From positions 1,736,001 through 1,800,000 of the forward strand of contig UYFQ01000001.1 of NCBI GenBank assembly GCA_900617105.1: 64,000 nucleotides of DNA, given 5' to 3'. The stretch is from Hydrurus foetidus (lineage: Eukaryota). The notes under the pieces are model-generated. The model was not told the origin of the DNA and did not search any database. It was given only the letters and a program-made list of their open reading frames with translations. Made by a program: the position numbers and the translations under genes. Shown piece by piece: positions 61,434 to 64,000 of the stretch; within the stretch, counting starts at the first letter, position 1, and each line of letters begins with the position of its first letter.

Positions 61434-62089
61434 CTTTGCAAATCAAAAACTTGAGTAAACGCTACGGCAGCACTGCTGTGTTTTCAAACGTCACCTTGAG
61501 CGTGGCGCCGGGCGAATTTGTGGCAATTGTGGGGGAGTCAGGAGTGGGCAAATCGACCCTGCTGAACTGCATGGCCGGGCTGGACACCTGGGACGAGGGC
61601 AGCGTGGCGCTGCAAGGCGTTGACCTTGGCACCCTGAACGACGACGCGCGCGCCCTGCTGCGCAGGCATCATGTGGGTTTTGTGTTTCAGGCGTTTCACG
61701 TGCTGCCGCATCTGGATGTGGCGCAAAACGTGGGTCTGCCGTTGATGCTGCTTGGCAAAGCTGATGGGAATGCGGTGGCCAGCATGCTTGCGTCAGTTGG
61801 GCTGGAAGGTTTGGGCGGGCGGCTGCCGCAGCAGCTAAGTGGTGGGCAATTGCAGCGGGTGGCCATTGCGCGCGCGCTCATTCACCGCCCTGGCCTGCTT
61901 CTGGCTGACGAGCCTACCGGCAACCTTGACCCCACCACCGCCGCCAAAGTGCTGGATGCGCTGGTGGCGCAAACCCGCCAGCACGGCGCGGCGCTGGTGC
62001 TGGTTACTCATTCTGAAGCTGCAGCCGCCCGGGCTGACCGCGTGCTGCATTTAAGCAGCGATGGTATTCATGATGGCGCCAGCAGCTAG
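61430..62089 (+). CDS. ABC transporter ATPase (LolD/MacB-like)
   Basis: [41 protein letters not shown]. Confidence 0.93.
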   Translation: MTLQIKNLSKRYGSTAVFSNVTLSVAPGEFVAIVGESGVGKSTLLNCMAGLDTWDEGSVALQGVDLGTLNDDARALLRRHHVGFVFQAFHVLPHLDVAQNVGLPLMLLGKADGNAVASMLASVGLEGLGGRLPQQLSGGQLQRVAIARALIHRPGLLLADEPTGNLDPTTAAKVLDALVAQTRQHGAALVLVTHSEAAAARADRVLHLSSDGIHDGASS

Positions 62090-64000
62090 CCAACGGGTCA
62101 AGCCTGCCGCGTTGCTTGGCCAACTGCTGCGGCAGCTGTCATGGCGTGAGCTGCTCCACCACCCGTGGCGCAACGCGGCAGCAGCTGTTGCCGTGATGCT
62201 GGGCGTGGCGTTGGCGTTTTCTACGCATTTGATCAATGCGTCAGCGCTGAGTGAATTTTCAAGCGCTACCCGCGCCATCAATGGCCAAAGCGATCTTGAA
62301 CTCCGCGCGGTGCGCAGCACTTTCGATGAAGCTTTTTTTGAGCGTGTGGCCAATTTACCGGGCGTATTGGTCGCCAGTCCCGTGCTCGAATTGTCCAGCA
62401 CCGCTATCACTGCAGGCGGTAAGCGTGTGGCGCTGCGCATTGTGGGTGTCGATGCTTTGGTGGTCGCGCAAATTGCCCCCAGCCTGATGCCCGTGCCGGC
62501 CAAGCAAACTGACGGCAACCGCTTTGCCTTGTTTGCCCCGGGTACGGTATTTTTAAACCCGGCTGCCAGAGCCGCCTTGGGCATTGATTCAGGCAGCGAA
62601 AAATTCAAGCTGCAAAGCGGGCTGCAATTGATAGACGTGACTGCTGCAGGCAGCGTGGCGGCGGGCGGCGGTGCGCTGGCGGTGATGGACATTGGCGCCG
62701 CGCAAGAGCTGTTTGACAAGCGCGGGCAGCTTTCGCGCATTGACCTTCGTTTTGACCCAGGCGCCGACCGTGCGGCGTTGATGAAAACGCTTAACTTGCC
62801 GACAGACATTACCGCTGCCGAGCCGCAAGACGCGGCCGAGCGGGTCAGCAACCTGTCACGGGCTTACCGCGTTAACTTGACCGTGCTGGCGCTAGTGGCA
62901 CTTTTTACGGGCGCTTTTTTGGTGTTTTCAGTGTTGTCGCTGAGTGTCACCAAACGTGCGCAGCAGTTTGCGCTGCTGGGTGTACTGGGCTTGACTGGGC
63001 GTGAGCGGCTGGCGCTGGTGATGGCCGAATCAGCCTTGCTCGGCGTGGTGGGCAGCGCTCTGGGTGTGGTGCTGGGCACCGCACTGGCTGCGCTGGCCCT
63101 GCGGGTGCTGGGCGGCGACTTGGGCGGTGGCTATTTTGCGGGCGTGGCGCCTACGCTTCAATTTAGCGCAGGCGCGGCGCTGGCGTATGGTGCGTTAGGT
63201 GTGGCAGCAGCTTGCGTGGGTGGCTGGTGGCCAGCACGGGCTGCGCAAAAGCTGGCCCCCGCCCAAACACTCAAAGGTTTGGGCGCCGCCACCAGTCAAA
63301 GCAAAGGCCATTGGCTCAGCTTTACGCTTATCGCCACGGGTAGCTTGCTGGCCTATGCGCCGCCCATAGCGGGCGTGCCACTGGCCGCGTACGTGTCGGT
63401 GGCGCTGCTGCTGGTCGGCGGCATTACCGCGCTGCCGTATTTGATTGCTTTGCTGTACGACCGCGCCAGCCCCTATGTTGCGCACGCGCTGCTGCCCATG
63501 CTGGCCGTGGAGCGGGCCCGGCGCGTGCGGGAGAGCGCAGCGGTAGCCGTGAGCGGTGTGGTGGCTTCGCTGAGTTTGGCAGTGGCGCTGACGGTCATGG
63601 TCGCCAGCTTTCGCACATCGGTCACGCAGTGGCTGGACGTGATTTTGCCCGCGGACCTGTATGCGCGTACTGCGTCAGCCTCTACCACCGGCGGCGCTGG
63701 TGAGGCGATTTTTCTGACGCCCGAATTCGTTGCGGCGGTTACTGCTGTGCCGGGCATTGAACGTGTCAGTACGCTGCGCACAACCCAAGTGCTGCTCGAC
63801 CCCAAGGCACCCGCCGTGGCGCTGATTGCACGCGACATAGGCGAGCCTGCCAAAACTTTCCCGATGGTGGGCGACGCACTGCCCGTGCCAGCAGGCTACA
63901 TCGGCATTTATGTGAGCGAGGCGATGGTAGATTTATATGGCGCGCGGCTAGGGGCTGTTTTTGTGCCTTTTTCAAAGCCTTTTAGTGCTGTAGCCTACGA
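62070..64000 (+). CDS. FtsX/MacB-like ABC permease (3'-truncated by window; absent from ORF track)
   Basis: Manual translation from ATG 62070 gives [59 protein letters not shown]; later LSRAYRVNLTVLALVALFTGAFLVFSV. The frame appears to continue to the end. Confidence 0.85.
   Translation, partial: MMAPAASQRVKPAALLGQLLRQLSWRELLHHPWRNAAAAVAVMLGVALAFSTHLINASALSEFSSATRAINGQSDLELRAVRSTFDEAFFERVANLPGVLVASPVLELSSTAITAGGKRVALRIVGVDALVVAQIAPSLMPVPAKQTDGNRFALFAPGTVFLNPAARAALGIDSGSEKFKLQSGLQLIDVTAAGSVAAGGGALAVMDIGAAQELFDKRGQLSRIDLRFDPGADRAALMKTLNLPTDITAAEPQDAAERVSNLSRAYRVNLTVLALVALFTGAFLVFSVLSLSVTKRAQQFALLGVLGLTGRERLALVMAESALLGVVGSALGVVLGTALAALALRVLGGDLGGGYFAGVAPTLQFSAGAALAYGALGVAAACVGGWWPARAAQKLAPAQTLKGLGAATSQSKGHWLSFTLIATGSLLAYAPPIAGVPLAAYVSVALLLVGGITALPYLIALLYDRASPYVAHALLPMLAVERARRVRESAAVAVSGVVASLSLAVALTVMVASFRTSVTQWLDVILPADLYARTASASTTGGAGEAIFLTPEFVAAVTAVPGIERVSTLRTTQVLLDPKAPAVALIARDIGEPAKTFPMVGDALPVPAGYIGIYVSEAMVDLYGARLGAVFVPFSKPFSAVAY
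63986..64000 (-). repeat. Probable start of another 48-bp motif copy, cut by the window end
   Basis: T-tracts then TTTTAGTGCTGTAGCCTA, compared with TTTTTAGGGCTGTAGCGC at copy 15 and GGCTGTAGCCCA at copy 8. Confidence 0.5.

Overview
This is a 64-kb stretch of mostly core chromosome from a betaproteobacterium; gene order and protein style suggest Comamonadaceae, probably Polaromonas-like (inference). It holds fixJ-like regulator/folD, greA-carB-carA, the rpsB-tsf-pyrH-frr-uppS-cdsA-dxr-rseP-bamA-skp-lpxD-fabZ-lpxA-lpxB-rnhB superoperon, dadA/kbp/nnr/yggT/rnr, tRNA-Leu(CAG) and tRNA-Val(GAC), and rimO-phaR-relA-bdhA. It continues with modABC, rlmD-nlpD-pcm-surE, queG-tsaE-amiC, an isolated nagGH-like Rieske oxygenase pair, mutL, miaA and a truncated ABC exporter. 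I saw no transposase, integrase, CRISPR array or prophage. The main unexplained signal is a dispersed 48-bp motif of fixed length, approximately GCTAT-N7-RTAGC-TGCTYGCGCCCG-W7-TGGGCTACAGCC. I count 18 full copies, one half-site and one copy cut by the window end. Eleven full copies lie inside protein-coding genes, including essential ones (lpxB, dxr, cdsA). They are read in only two of six frames, and in several cases appear to overwrite native codons rather than add to them.
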